A DNA stretch of 59,379 nt, the filler included, from Platydemus manokwari (taxonomy: Eukaryota), in the NCBI GenBank assembly GCA_037951405.1. It is 5 parts of 5 records of this genome, joined end to end, with 100 filler letters (N's around TTAATTAATTAA, not from the genome) between each part and the next. Parts side by side here need not be neighbours in the genome. Positions count along the whole stretch, not along the records: positions 1 to 9,609 come from JBBMOY011225765.1; positions 9,710 to 24,187 come from JBBMOY011452531.1; 3 more parts are not named here. One strand, given 5' to 3'. Of this stretch, positions 1-13,100 are shown one piece after another. The notes under the pieces are model-generated. The model was not told where the DNA came from. It was given only the letters and a program-made list of their open reading frames with translations, and did not search any database. Position numbers and translations under genes: made by a program. Positions within the stretch are counted from its first letter, which is position 1; every line of letters begins with the position of its first letter.

Positions 1-76
1 TGTTGTTTTAAATAAATTTATGTACAACAAATTTTTATTTCCAATTTTGTCTGCGAACTTTATTTACAACCTAATA
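1..76 (-). mobile_element. Terminal part of a mariner-type DNA transposon or MITE (TIR plus TA), cut by contig start
   Basis: Reverse complement reads TA-TTAGGTTGTAAATAAAGTTCGCAGAC..., a mariner-type TA+TTAGGTTG terminus; matches 45482-45554 with one mismatch over about 73 nt. Confidence 0.75.
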
Positions 77-3000
77 CTTAGACCAGCAATTACATTTCTA
101 TCCCAAGCTATTCATTCATGGGTGTGTATTTATTCAAAAGTTACAAATTATGAACATTTATAAATACTTTTATATTCTTACGGTGATTTTAATAAAAACT
201 GTGACTATTTGCTGATTGTTGGTTTGATTACGGAAATTTTTTGCTAATGTACACATGTCTTATTCAGAATGTTGAAAAGGAACAAGGCCCAATTGTTGAA
301 CTAAGTCTCTATTCGTATTCCGAAACTTCGTATATATTTGTGGCACCTCCACCTATACTATTAATTTGATTTAGATGAAATCTTCATTTTATTAAAGCGT
401 CAACAGGTATTGGATCTATGTATCCAATCTATTAAATAGATATTAATATTCTTATTTTACAATAAAACTTAAGTACATAGCTACTGGCACTCCTCGATGA
501 TTTCCAATTCACATTTTTTACAAAACAACTCTAAAAATCTTAGGTATCTTTCCATTTGCTAATAAACGGGCCCTCGCTTATTTTCAATGAATTCCATTTG
601 GACCACCTTTGACCCGTTTTTCAAATAATATATTTTTAGTAGATTTTTAAAACTTCATGTGCATATGATGTTTGATTGAAGACAACTAAAACTTTTCTCA
701 AGTACTTAAATAAAAAATTCAAAATATTTTTAATGAATGTAATTAAATAAACTATATAGGTTTTTTCAATACACTCCAATAATTTATAATTTTATTTTGA
801 TACCCTTTTTTAATTTTTGACAATTTGTTTTATTATGAAAGGTAAATTTCATAAAATGTTTTCGATAGAATCATATTTTTCATAATAATAAATTGTTAAG
901 TTTAAACTCAAAAAACTAAACATGTTAAATTATTTATTTATGATTAAAATAATGTTAATCCTTCTAAGGTATTTGAGCTTATTGTTTTTATGCTTTAATT
1001 ATTTTTCGATAAATATTTTCAATAAATGAAGTAATGTGTCACACAAAAAGTTTGCTCTGAAATACCTTCCCAATTTTATATTTTTGAATTAAAAAAATAT
1101 ACTGTGATGTATAAATCTCCAGCAATAGATCTCAAAATCTTTCGTAATTCGATCATCTTAAAATGCTAATTTAACATTGGTTTACAGTTTGCTTTATTTT
1201 TATCCAAGAAATATGATAAAATAATAAATCATGTAGTGACATACAAATACAAAAATATATATCAAAAATACATGCTAGAAATTAATTGTAAAAATCATTA
1301 AAACCTAAGGCCATTTAGATGGGATGGAAATAAAAGTCCAAATCGATTCCAGTCCCTGTCACCAGAAGGCAGTTCGTTAATTTTCAAAGTTCTGAAAAAA
1401 ACTACAACAGCGGAAAAGGAAGATCAGATATTTCTCAGTTATTTTATATTATTTATGTTTTATATATGCTAATAATAAATCAGTGGGTTGGAGTGAACTA
1501 AATAATTAATGGACGCAATGTTAATAATATAAATACATCAAAACGACTCTGTTAATGGATTTTGTTTTTCGTTAATTAAACCAAACCATTTATTGTTCAA
1601 AAACAAAAATGGAATGAAAGCAGTTTGACAAAAAGTAATTATAGACAAAATTTTGGAATTAAAAATAATCCTTTGTAACGAGTTTTATCCTTCTAAAAAT
1701 AATTATTATTACATTGAAATGAAATTGAAATTAAGACATAAATAAATGCAATTTTTTTCAAAAAAAATCGATACCAAAAATATTTAACCATCTCGTTTGG
1801 ATTGTAAGATTAATTTAAACAACGATATCATCGGCGTGGCTATCGAATTATTGGTGTTGAAAAAGCTATTCCAAATTATATGTATTGGGTTTGTGGATAT
1901 TTATAATTTTCAGAATATTATTCATAAAATAATTCATTTGTATTCGGATCACGTTTATTGAACGAAGGATTCCAAGCAACTCAGCCAATTAAACGAACGA
2001 TTTAAAGGGATTTATTCTAATAATATTTGTATATCTCAGCTTACAATAGACGATTTTACAAAGCTATTATTGTACTGTTTTCAAGTAACTAGTTCTGGCG
2101 CAATAAGAAAAATCGAATATTTATTACACAAAGAAGAGATTTCGTTATTTTCAAATTTAAAGTCGCAATCTGATTTTGTGCAACTTTGTCACATTAAATG
2201 CCATCAAAATTTTCTTTGCTAAAGAAATAAAAATCTCATCCTTAAAACCGATATTCAAACAAAAATTTTGATATTGAGTCAGTACTTTGTTCTCAGTAAG
2301 GAGATTTTGTTCGCGGACATTTTACAACTATGTGAACCTGTTTTTCTTGATTACAGGAAATATTGGACATGAGAGTTTACAACCATGAAAAGTTTAAAAT
2401 TAACTAATCAAATAATTGCTTCAATTTTAATTTCCAGTTTAAAATCTTAAATTTAATTTTAAAATTCCGAAAGGTTGTGTTTTAGTTTAGATAAATTAAA
2501 ATAAATATTAGAAAATGAATTAAATTTCCATTGCTATTCTGAGATATAAATACAATTATAATAATCCCATCGTTGAAAGTATGACTTAATAAGTTGGTTA
2601 TTCAGAAAGAAATGCTATACTTTGTAAAGAGTATTTTGTGAATAGGCGTAAAACTGCTTCAAAATGAATTGAATTTTTTATTTAAGTACTTAGAAAGAAT
2701 TTTAGTTGTTTGAAATCAAATATTAAATTCACTAGAGCTTCAAAATCTCATAAAATTTGATCATTTGAAAAAATGAAAAAAGTAGGTCGAATTGCAATGT
2801 TTTGAAAATTACCGAGGACCACTTTTATAACATTAGAAGCAAATTGAGAGATATTCTCAATTTTAACAATTATTTTATAAAAATAATCAATGATATTATT
2901 AAACATTTTTGTAATTAACTAACTCGATTTATAATTATAAAAATTTAAATTTAAAACCCAAATAATCATATAGAAGTGTTGTGATTAGAATGGGAACTTG

Positions 3001-5264
3001 GTTTTAAAACTACGTTTTGTCCCTATTTGACATCCTAAAAAGTTTATAAATTATCGCTTTAACATTAACCTATCACTTATCTGATTGCATCGTAACGAAT
3101 TGCTCGGTCTAAATTTAGATAATGATGCTTTAAGAAGAAAATACATTTGACATATATGAAATAGCTTAACCTTCTTTTTCGACAACAAAACAAGCAATTA
3201 AACACTTGGTCTGTATGAGCGTAAAATAAAAACAGTGGAATAAATTAAGAATGAAAATCTTATTATCAATCATTTTGAAATCTCTTGAAAGAATTGCAAC
3301 TCAGACTTATTAAAAAACTTTCTCCACAATTATTTAAAAAGTCGATGATTTTCATTTGAAAGGGATTTCATTAAAATTACAGTTGTTATTTTTTTCAAAT
3401 CGTTTTTCTCCCCATTATATTTTTTTCGAAAAAAAAACAAAATAATCGTAAATCAAAACCAAAACACAACAATATAATTTTTAAAACGAAACAAAGCAAA
3501 ACAGTTTTGAAAAATTTAATAATGGCTTCATTAATTTTACAAGTCGTTTGCTTGAAATGAACAACAAATCTAATCTACGCTAAATCAAAACGACAAATCA
3601 AAAATCGAAAACAATAAATGTCATTATATGAATAGAAACTTTAATTGTGAAGGAGGTATTGTGGATATGTTTTGTAGTTGAAAATGATTTAATCATAAAA
3701 ATGCTTTGAAAATAATTTTTTTGTAATTAAAAATTCGCTAATTAAATAAATAAATGAATATTTTATTATTAATATAAAATAAAAAGTTTATTATTTAAAA
3801 AAATATATTTTTAGAAAAAATTTTATGTTCAACATCATTAATAATATGTTTGTTGAACACGTTAATTTTCAGCTCGTTCTCAATGCGTGCTTCATAAAAA
3901 AGTATTTGCTTACACATTATGATTCGATTCTGAGAATGTCTATGTCATAGAATTTTAGATGAGAATGAGGACGATATCGCAAAGATACAAAGAGGAAATT
4001 GTATAGAAGATATAGAGAAGAAAAGTGAAGTTATAAAGAATATGCAGATATTATGTATAGTAGAGAGATTAATATCTAGAGACTTGGGTGCAGAGATAAT
4101 TGAGAATTCCGAGAAAATTACAGATTTTAAAGCAAAAGAGGTGTGAGGATTTTTAATAAACTGAATTTTGACAAATGCATGCGTTATAAAAAGAAGTGGC
4201 TTACAATGATTTTATCATCGTGCTTGTTTTTCGTCAATACTTCCAGTTAATTCAAATCTCTCAATAAAACAAACCACCTTCTATAGAAAAACACATAATG
4301 TAAATCCAATTTAAACAGATTCATTTTTATTAAAATTCTTTACAATGAAGACGTGATCTTTTGTCATTTGACACCTGGGCATGGTTTGAATAGTATAAAC
4401 GAATACCAATCAAAAATTAATAACCAAAGGGGATTGACTATTTAAAGTCAGCCGAATTTATTGCGAAAAAACAAATGGCTTTGAAAATATTTAATGAATG
4501 CCTGCATATTTTGCTCTTGTGGTTTGATGTTGTACACATTGTATTATCGTTTAATGATGGTTTTATTCGTTGCATATCAATCACGATATCAATATAACAA
4601 TGAAAATAACCACCACGATTAAAAACTTTTCAATATCAGCAATACAATTTTTCGAAACCACGTGTATATCTCAGATATCATCTGGAAACCTTTTAAGTCA
4701 CAAAAAATATAAGCTGTTCGTTGTCACACTCTTAAGGAATTTTGTGAACAATTGCTTTCATTTGTTGAAATCGGATCTTATAAAATTTAAGAATATACTA
4801 TACAAGAGCTAAATGTACTTTTCCTGGTTTAGCATTAAGAACTTGAAATTACATTTTCATAGAATTTTTTTGATAAATGTCGAACTATGTTCCGATTTTT
4901 GAATTAATTTCCCATGAAACAGGTCAATGGAACCTTTTCAAAAGAGAGAGTCTCTCGGTTATGAGATATCCGTCTAAAGCATTTAATTCTGTTTTTACGA
5001 CACAATTTCGCGTCCAAAAAAAATCTTTTTAATGAAACGTTGATTGGATAATAAATTGGATTAGTGAAATGAGCAGTACGCACATACATAATGGCAATTT
5101 TTTGGTTCATTATTTAGTCATATATGGATTTCTTGTAACGAATCGACATTTTAAAAACTACCAAAAAATCTTTCAAAAAATAATTAACTAATATAAAATG
5201 ATGGCCTCAAAAGGGAAAATTCTATTTATCTAAATAATTATTTATAGAAATTACTCTAAACTTA

Positions 5265-5545
5265 CAAAATACTGAGTAATAACAACAACGAAAACAAACT
5301 TCAAGAGCCATAACCAAATACATGAAAAACTAAAATCTCTAAACCAAAGTGAAAAGAATTAGACCACAAATAAGCCAAATAATTTTTCCAATGAAAAGCA
5401 ACAGGAAAAGCAGAATAAAATTAATCAACATTAGTATGATAATCATGACCATAAGAATTAATACCAATCAAACAACACAAAATAACACAAAGAACTACAT
5501 AATCAATATGATGCATATAAAATTAATGAGTAGTCTCAAATAGCA
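5265..5545 (-). pseudogene. Possible NUMT, atp6-like fragment
   Basis: Minus strand is T/G-rich and reads VVLCVILCCLIGINSYGHDYHTNV*FYSAFPVAFHWKNYLAYLW...; loose resemblance to the atp6 pattern IL..NLLGL.PY.F..T...A.PLW...K..LAH; internal stops. Confidence 0.3.
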
Positions 5546-6530
5546 TTTAATTATAGATGGATTTAGGGCATCTCTTGAATTGCATTTTTTGTCCTAACTT
5601 TTACGATTTTTTATTTGATTTAAAGTAGTTCTGTAAGAACTCGATTAACAAAATTATTGTTCATGGAATGGATGTGATGGCATTAATATATTTCAAAACG
5701 ATATAATTATTATAATCACCGATAAATTGTTTAATTTATGATTGAGAACAAACCAACATCAAAAGTTGCATTCATAGATTTACAAAAACATTAATTTAAA
5801 ATATTGTCGAAATAGAAATAAATAACCCGGAAACTTTATTTAATTAATAAAAACAATCCACCAATCAATGCAGAGAGATTAAAACAAAAATCGTTGTCAA
5901 ATATTTGTCAGATTATTGCCAGTAAAATTTTAAAATGGAAACAAGCTCGATAAAAGGATATCTTTAATTATTATTTTATTTATCGACTGGTTTCACAAAG
6001 AATTTCGTTGGGGAAAATTATTAAACAAGTTTTTCACCATCAATTATTTATAAATATATAATCGATTATGTAATTTGGTGATAATTCCAATGATAAATTT
6101 CATCAACATACATAAATATTTTGTTTCAATATTTGTTTAAATTGTGAGAAATTATATTTAATTTGATTGTTAGATTTCATTGCAATTTTAATGCTCAATG
6201 GACAGTCGAGGCGTGTCAGGAAAAATATTTGACGCCAAATCATCTAATTAAACATAATTTTCAAAGCTTATATTGACTGAATTATATATTGACAATATTT
6301 GCCATAGTTTTTTGTTTTTGAAAAAATAATGATTAATTTATCAGCCAATTAACTTATCTCAATACAATTATACCATGTGATTCATACGTCTCCATCTCTA
6401 AAACGAAAATAAAACAACACAACACAATATAATTTATACCCATATATTTATACTCATTGATATTAATCATTATTCACTGATTAATGTACTTTATTTCTCA
6501 TTTTTTACTAATCAGTTGAGTGATTACAAT

Positions 6531-6720
6531 ATGGCGGAAGCAGTTGGTGACATCAAATTTTCGCTTGCGGATAGAGTATTTATAATTATAGTAGTGCCAA
6601 AGCTTGCCAAGAATTTCAACAACATTCAATCCTGCACCACCAGGTGATACACCGGTGCAATATTGGCAAAAGAAGTTTGAAGAAACTGGAAATTTATCCT
6701 CTAGCTTCAGGAAACAATAA
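6531..6720 (+). mobile_element. Degenerate Tc1/mariner-superfamily transposase N-terminal HTH fragment (DUF4817-like)
   Basis: Frameshifted reading FSLADRVFII...FNPAPPGDTPVQYWQKKFEETGNLS resembles the pattern R.FIV....P....I..W..KF.ETG.V. Confidence 0.45.
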
Positions 6721-8913
6721 AGTAAGATGGTAAACATTTAGAACAGTTGCTATAAAATTGTTTATTATTTACCGTTATTTGTTCTTATTGTTACTGTGTT
6801 TTGTTATGCATTAAAGTAACTCAATACATTTAATTTGTTCTTAATATTGTTTTATTTTAGTTTTATAGACGGAGACTTATAAATCGCATGGTATATATAT
6901 ATATATGGAAAATTTTGAGCAATCCTAAAAAGAAGTTTTCATTATTAATGAAATGGAATTTGTATTAAGATCTAATAAAACAAAACGGTAATAATTATTT
7001 TTTTTAATCTTAAACTAAATAAATATGTGTTTATATTTATAATAAATTTATCAATGAATAATAAAAAATCTAGTTCGAGTGTCATCTTGTCCAATAAGTC
7101 ATATTTTAGTTTTCAAAATTAAACTAAGCCCTTCAAATGTAATAACTGTTGCTTGTTCTTCCTTCACCTTTCCGGTCTTAATGTTTAAATCGATAATGGA
7201 TACATCAGTTTTAAGATTAATATTCAGTGGCCTCCAAGGTTTATTGTAAAAGTCTGTCGATAGTTTCTGTTGTCAAATTTTATTGATAAAAATTGACCTT
7301 AATAAGCTGAAAAATACACTCGGTAAGGTCATACAAGAAGATTTAATCTGGATTTCTTTAATTCCTAAGATTTCGCAATACCTAAATCTGAAATTTTTAA
7401 TTTAAAATGTCTATTGTAAAAAACCTGTGAGGAATATGTTGATATGAATTCTAAACATAATGGAACAACTGCTAATGTATATTTCGTAAATGTAATTAAA
7501 CTAGCTGATGTTGAGAATCCTAGAATACATGAATTATGATATTATAGAATTGAGCTCTTATCTGATACTGATGAATAGAAACACACACAACAGTGAATAA
7601 CATACTGGTATTATCAATGATTCAACCAGCTAACCCTTATTTATATATTAGAAATTTCTTTTACTACATTTTGTAGACGACTAGAGAATTTCTAATTAAT
7701 AAAATCAGAATTATCATTTAGTGAGTTTTTACGTATCTTAATAATTTAAACACAGTAAATGCAAAATGTTCATTTATTTAAGATAATACGGTAATCGTGT
7801 TCCATAATTTATGTTAGGCTTTTAATAAAAATGAAAACATGTGTTGTGGTGGTACAATTCAGAGAAGTACAAGTTAAGAGATAATCAAATCGAATTTAAC
7901 ACTCAAATGATAGAGATTTTATTTTACAACAAATCGATGAAAAGAAAATGTAAAATGCTCATAAAATTTTTGTTGTATTTTAATAACTTTGTTTTAATTT
8001 ATAATATAATTTTATACGTATGACGTCGAATATTTCCCAATATTGATTAGAGTTTCTCTGAAGTGAATTCGATTGTTTGATAATAAAGAATTAATTTTTC
8101 TACAAGTATTGTTTTTAGAAAATATCATTGATAAAAGAATGAAAAAACTCAATATTATTCAAACCACAATAAAAACATAAAAAGAAACCTTTAACGAAAA
8201 TAAGATAATAATTAGAAAAAATTATAAAAATTTTTGTTGTATTCAACGTTCTATAGTCAATAGCTCTGAAAAAGTAAATTGGTTATGCAATTAATTGTTC
8301 GTGCAATTTTATGAAATGGTCATTTCTTAAATAATTCAGCCTTTTGCAACAGAGAAATTATCTTTAAAGCTGACTTTTCTTCGTTTCTCTATTGTTTATC
8401 TTATTGATTATAGTTTTTGTATTTCTAAGTGTTCTGTCTAATAGAAATATATTCCGGAAAACGTTTCTAATGAAGACTAAATACCTTGTAAACTTAAAGA
8501 CTATAACTGATTTGAAATAGTGAGTTGTTTAGATATAAAAATTAACATTGATATTAATAAAAAATTTTAAAATTTTCTAATAATGTACTTACAGAAATAA
8601 AAAACCGTCCAGTCATTAAACATTTTTCAAAATGAAGGATCTGTGTTTGGCTTATATATTATTAGGTTTGTGATAAATGATATTTTTGTTTTTCTTCTTC
8701 TAAATAATGGAGAAGCCTCACTGGTAAACAACGGGGTAAAATTACCCCTTAAATAAATCCCCATCAATTGAAAATGATTCCTCTAATAATCGTCAAAAGA
8801 AAAATCGTAAAATAATTTTTAATTGCGAAATAACATTGAATAAAAACTTGATTTTTTTTTATAAATATTATGCTGATAAATTCGTTGAATTTGATAAAAA
8901 CTTTGCTAAAATT

Positions 8914-9127
8914 TTACATTTGAGAATTCAAAGAAGCATTGGTATTACAGCCATCCGAATCGGTTTTCTTTGATTCTGCATCATTGCTTTTGGAGGCTTC
9001 TAAAGAATTGGATTTTTTCCTTTTGTGAGGTTGCTTCGACAATGATTTTTCAGCTGTCAAACTATCTGTCATTTGTTTAACTCTGTATTCCAGAGTCGAA
9101 TGAGGCACTCCAAAATGATTTCCAGCC
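8914..9127 (-). CDS. Last exon of a pipsqueak-type HTH transcription factor (Mblk-1/E93/LCOR family), 5' part missing
   Basis: Acceptor TTTTATTAG then (R)AGNHFGVPHSTLEYRVK, matching the family motif RAG.YGVPHSTLEYKVK; stop at 8914; upstream exons not seen before the gap. Confidence 0.8.
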
Positions 9128-9532
9128 CTAATAAAAATTGGCTTTCAATCTTTGAAATTAGAAAGTGATTATGATAAATACACTCCACAATGTTTCCAGT
9201 TTATTTACAGTTTGTGGAAATTGTTTAAAGGAATGAATTAAATCGATTCTGAATAAGTTTTCCTTTCAGCAATAGTAAGAATTTATAAATATTTACTTTT
9301 GAAAATGCTATAGATATATTTTGGATTAAATTAAAATAAATTTTCTATAAATAAATAAATAATAATAATATTAATAAATAGTATCTAATGATAATCAGCT
9401 TAATTGATTAGATAATCTTTCATTTTATTAGTAAAGATATTATGTTTGTCAATGATCGATCGTTACATGGATTGATTGATTTTCATTTGTATTTGAAACT
9501 CAATCTGTTTGACTAATTGATCCGAACACAAA

Positions 9533-9609
<77 letters not shown>
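9533..9609. repeat. (ATT)n microsatellite at contig end
   Basis: Seen directly. Confidence 0.95.
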
Positions 9610-9709
9610 NNNNNNNNNNNNNNNNNNNNNNNNNNNNNNNNNNNNNNNNNNNNTTAATTAATTAANNNNNNNNNNNNNNNNNNNNNNNNNNNNNNNNNNN
9701 NNNNNNNNN
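9610..9709. other. Artificial contig spacer N44-TTAATTAATTAA-N44
   Basis: Identical 100-nt structure occurs four times; the 12-mer has stops in all six frames. Confidence 0.97.

Positions 9710-9783
<74 letters not shown>
9710..9783. repeat. (TAA)n microsatellite at contig start
   Basis: Seen directly. Confidence 0.95.
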
Positions 9784-9786
<3 letters not shown>

Positions 9787-9857
9787 CGAATTAAAACAAA
9801 ATTTTAAAAAATAAAATTAAAATTCGAATGCACGATATTACAATTATAAAATCCAAT

Positions 9858-10190
9858 TATTAGGTTGTTGCATTAGTTCCCGCAGTTACATGAAACTATT
9901 TGTTTCTACAATATTGCTTGGCGAAGCATTATATACCATTAGAAAGCCGGTGCTCAGCTCAAATGGATTGTCAAGTCGACAAAAAGTTTTTCGACATCTC
10001 CTTCTTTTCGTCTTTAATCAAGGTCAAAAAGCGAGCGAGGCTACTAGATATATATGTGCTGTGTTTGGAGAGGTCACTGTAGCTGAGTGAATTGCTCGGG
10101 AATCTTTGACCAGGCTTAAACACTATAATTTCAACCTCAACGATGCTCCTCGTTCCGGAAGATCAATAGAGATGCACGAGGAGATCTTTT
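9858..10190 (+). mobile_element. 5' fragment of a mariner element with disrupted transposase N-terminus
   Basis: TA-TTAGGTTG terminus; from ATG 9963 MDCQVDKK/FRHLLLFVFNQGQKASEATRYICAVFGE...NFNLNDAPRSGR (mariner HTH, RSGRP-like), with frameshift and stop. Confidence 0.85.
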
Positions 10191-13100
10191 GATGGATTAA
10201 TTTCTAAGAAGTTATCAAAAGTGAAGAGCGAATAGATAATCAATGAGAGATATTAATTTCGTCAGATAATTAATAGCTCAAATAAATACATTATCAATTA
10301 AAATCTTTCTCATTTTCAAAATTATAAACGATATCATTGTCATTTTGATAAAAAAAATACATTTACTCGACGTCCTGTAATTTATGAGCAATCAAAAAAT
10401 GGAATATCGAATTTATAATGACTTTCATTCATTGGTCAAAAAAGGTTTCATTGATGTTCATAAATAAAAATATTAAACTAATAATTTAAGTGAATAATTT
10501 ATTATTCAGTTTATTTTCAACATAAAATTTATTTCCCTTTGCAAATTGTTAGACATCGTTGAAAGACAATTCATAATTTTTTCAGAAAATTTGCCGACGT
10601 ATCCTGATTACAGTTTAGAATTTAAGGCAATGATTTACCATAAAATTCACACTTGAACATGAAATGAGAGCAATTTCAATTTTATTTCGAAATTTATGTT
10701 CGAATGTTATCATTGCGGTACTGGAGAATTTGTAAATAAATTAAAATTAAATTAATTATGTCACTACTCAATTAATTAATTAATTAATTAATTAATTAAT
10801 TATTTATTTATTTATTTATTTAATCATTTATTTATTTATTTATTTATATTTAATAATATAAAAATATATAATACACTTGAAAATATAATTAAATATTAGA
10901 AAAATTCCTTTCGTCAATCTAAAATATTATCTAATAAATTCAAAGAAAAATCATTACTATCAAGTTCTTCCTATCCATACATCCTGCAACATGTCTCGAT
11001 CGATGACTTTCCTTTTCAATTTCTTTCACAATTTTACTGTCCGCTTCCTTTACTTGTAATTGTTTCGGGCTGACAATGAAAGATAAGTGAATTATTTCGA
11101 CCGATTTTCTGAGTTTTTTAATATATTTTTTCCTTTCGATATTTTTCAATATATTTTGTAATGAGATAACAAATAAAATATGATAAAAAGGAATTCAAAA
11201 ATTCGAAAAAAAACCCAATAAAACGCAATTAAACTGTTCAAACCAGACCCATATTCTTATTAATGATTCTGCTGTATTGAGAACAGAAAATATATCGAAA
11301 TTCAATTTTGAAAAATTTATCGAATTATTATACTGAATGGTTTGATAAAATGAATCTGACTGAAATAAATCAATCCATTCGTTAAGATCCTTTTAATTAA
11401 ATACTAGCATATCTGTTTCAATATTTATATACAAATAATTTGTTTATTTCACAATATTAAATTTTTTTATATGATTTAGAAAAGTAAACTTGATAAAACA
11501 TGCTTCTATATTTTACTTTTTACCATCCATACTGGGTCAGTTAATTGAATTAATAAATATAATTTCTAGTTTCGATTTCAATTAATATTAACCCACTATT
11601 GTCATATTAGAGTGGCTTCTTGGGTGATCTTTTATTGGTTCTTTAAATGCCTTGTTTTGTGCGTATCGGTGTAAGGATGCTTATTTAAAACGGCTTGAAA
11701 GAGTTTAAAGAGTCGATTTTTGGAACTTTGTTTTGTTCCATATTTCAGATAACACATAAAATCTTTAAACTGAAACAGATATCAATCTTTTGACAGAATT
11801 GAATTAATATTTTAAAACGTTTATTTATTTATTTATTTTAGAAATGTTTTATTGCATTAATATTATCATAACAATCGTGTTATCACATAATCACCAACTG
11901 GAATAAATTTCAAATCATAAATTTAATTTGTGATTAAATCATTTCAAAAGAATAATTAAAGGTTTTTAAAATATTTATAATTATTACTGATAAATATAAT
12001 TTTATAAATATAAATATAAATTTTAAAAACTTGAAGAGTGATAAGTTTAACCATAACTTCAAATGATTTTTCTGACGCTCTTTGACAAATCGGGGACGTT
12101 TTGTTACAAGAAGCTGTTTTAAATATTTTAATTTTCAAACTTATCAAACATTAAATAAAATGCTTAAACAACAAAATATCTTATGATTCCCGTATATCAA
12201 ATAAATGATTATCTCGATGACTCTATTAAGACAAATTTTGATGTTATAATTTTCCATTGAAAATTTCTATGTAAAAAATAAATTTTGATTTTATTTATGA
12301 ATAATGAATAAATGTTAAGTATTTTAAATAGAAAAGAAGGATTAATTAACGATGTAATCATAAAGAGAAAAAGAGAAAATTATTTAACAAACGACATAAT
12401 TCTGTTGATGGTTATTTAAGCTGATAAAATAACTCGTATTTCACTTAAAATTGCTTTAATTTGCTTTGAGAATTTAATTAATTAATCAGTTAGTTAAATT
12501 TAAATAAATTAGGCATTTAATTTAAAATTTTTGTTTTTTTTTGTTTTTACGATTATATAGATGAATAAACTGAACTTGGTTATAACTCGAAATAAGGGAT
12601 ATTTAGATAAAAACGATGAAAATGAAATAGTAAAGATAAAGAAAACTGCATTTTTAAATAAAATAACTGAAATCGAGAAAACATTTTAATTAAAAGAAAA
12701 ATTAAACCTTCAATCGTTTTATTAGGCTATATTTCTCGGTTTTTAACCTTAAATAATTTTTATGGAAATAATTTTATCGAAATTATAAGGCGAGGATAAA
12801 CTAGGAGTCGCAGTAAAGGGGGCTAATTTATTAATAAATTCTTTACGTATATGATGAGAAAATAAATGGAATTTGGCATACTGGTGAATGCCTGTGGACA
12901 GAATTTAGAAAAAATATATTATTATTAATATTTTTCTTGAGAAATCTTGAAACCTGTATAATTTTATTTATGAAATTTTAGAAAAATAAAGTCTATCTTT
13001 TCAATGACAGAATTCTTATAATGGAATTCTGAAAGTTTCTTGAATGTAGAATTATTATTTCGAATTCTACTCAAATATAATTGTTCTATATTATTTTATC

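Noticed and set aside
7070-7600. Possible TAA/TAG stop-codon reassignment suggested by stop-riddled exon-like frames
   Set aside because: Well-supported genes here have no internal TAA/TAG and several end in them; pseudogene decay is the simpler explanation
9654-9665. TTAATTAATTAA palindrome as a biological motif or CRISPR-like repeat
   Set aside because: Always centred in exactly 88 Ns; a synthetic assembly linker
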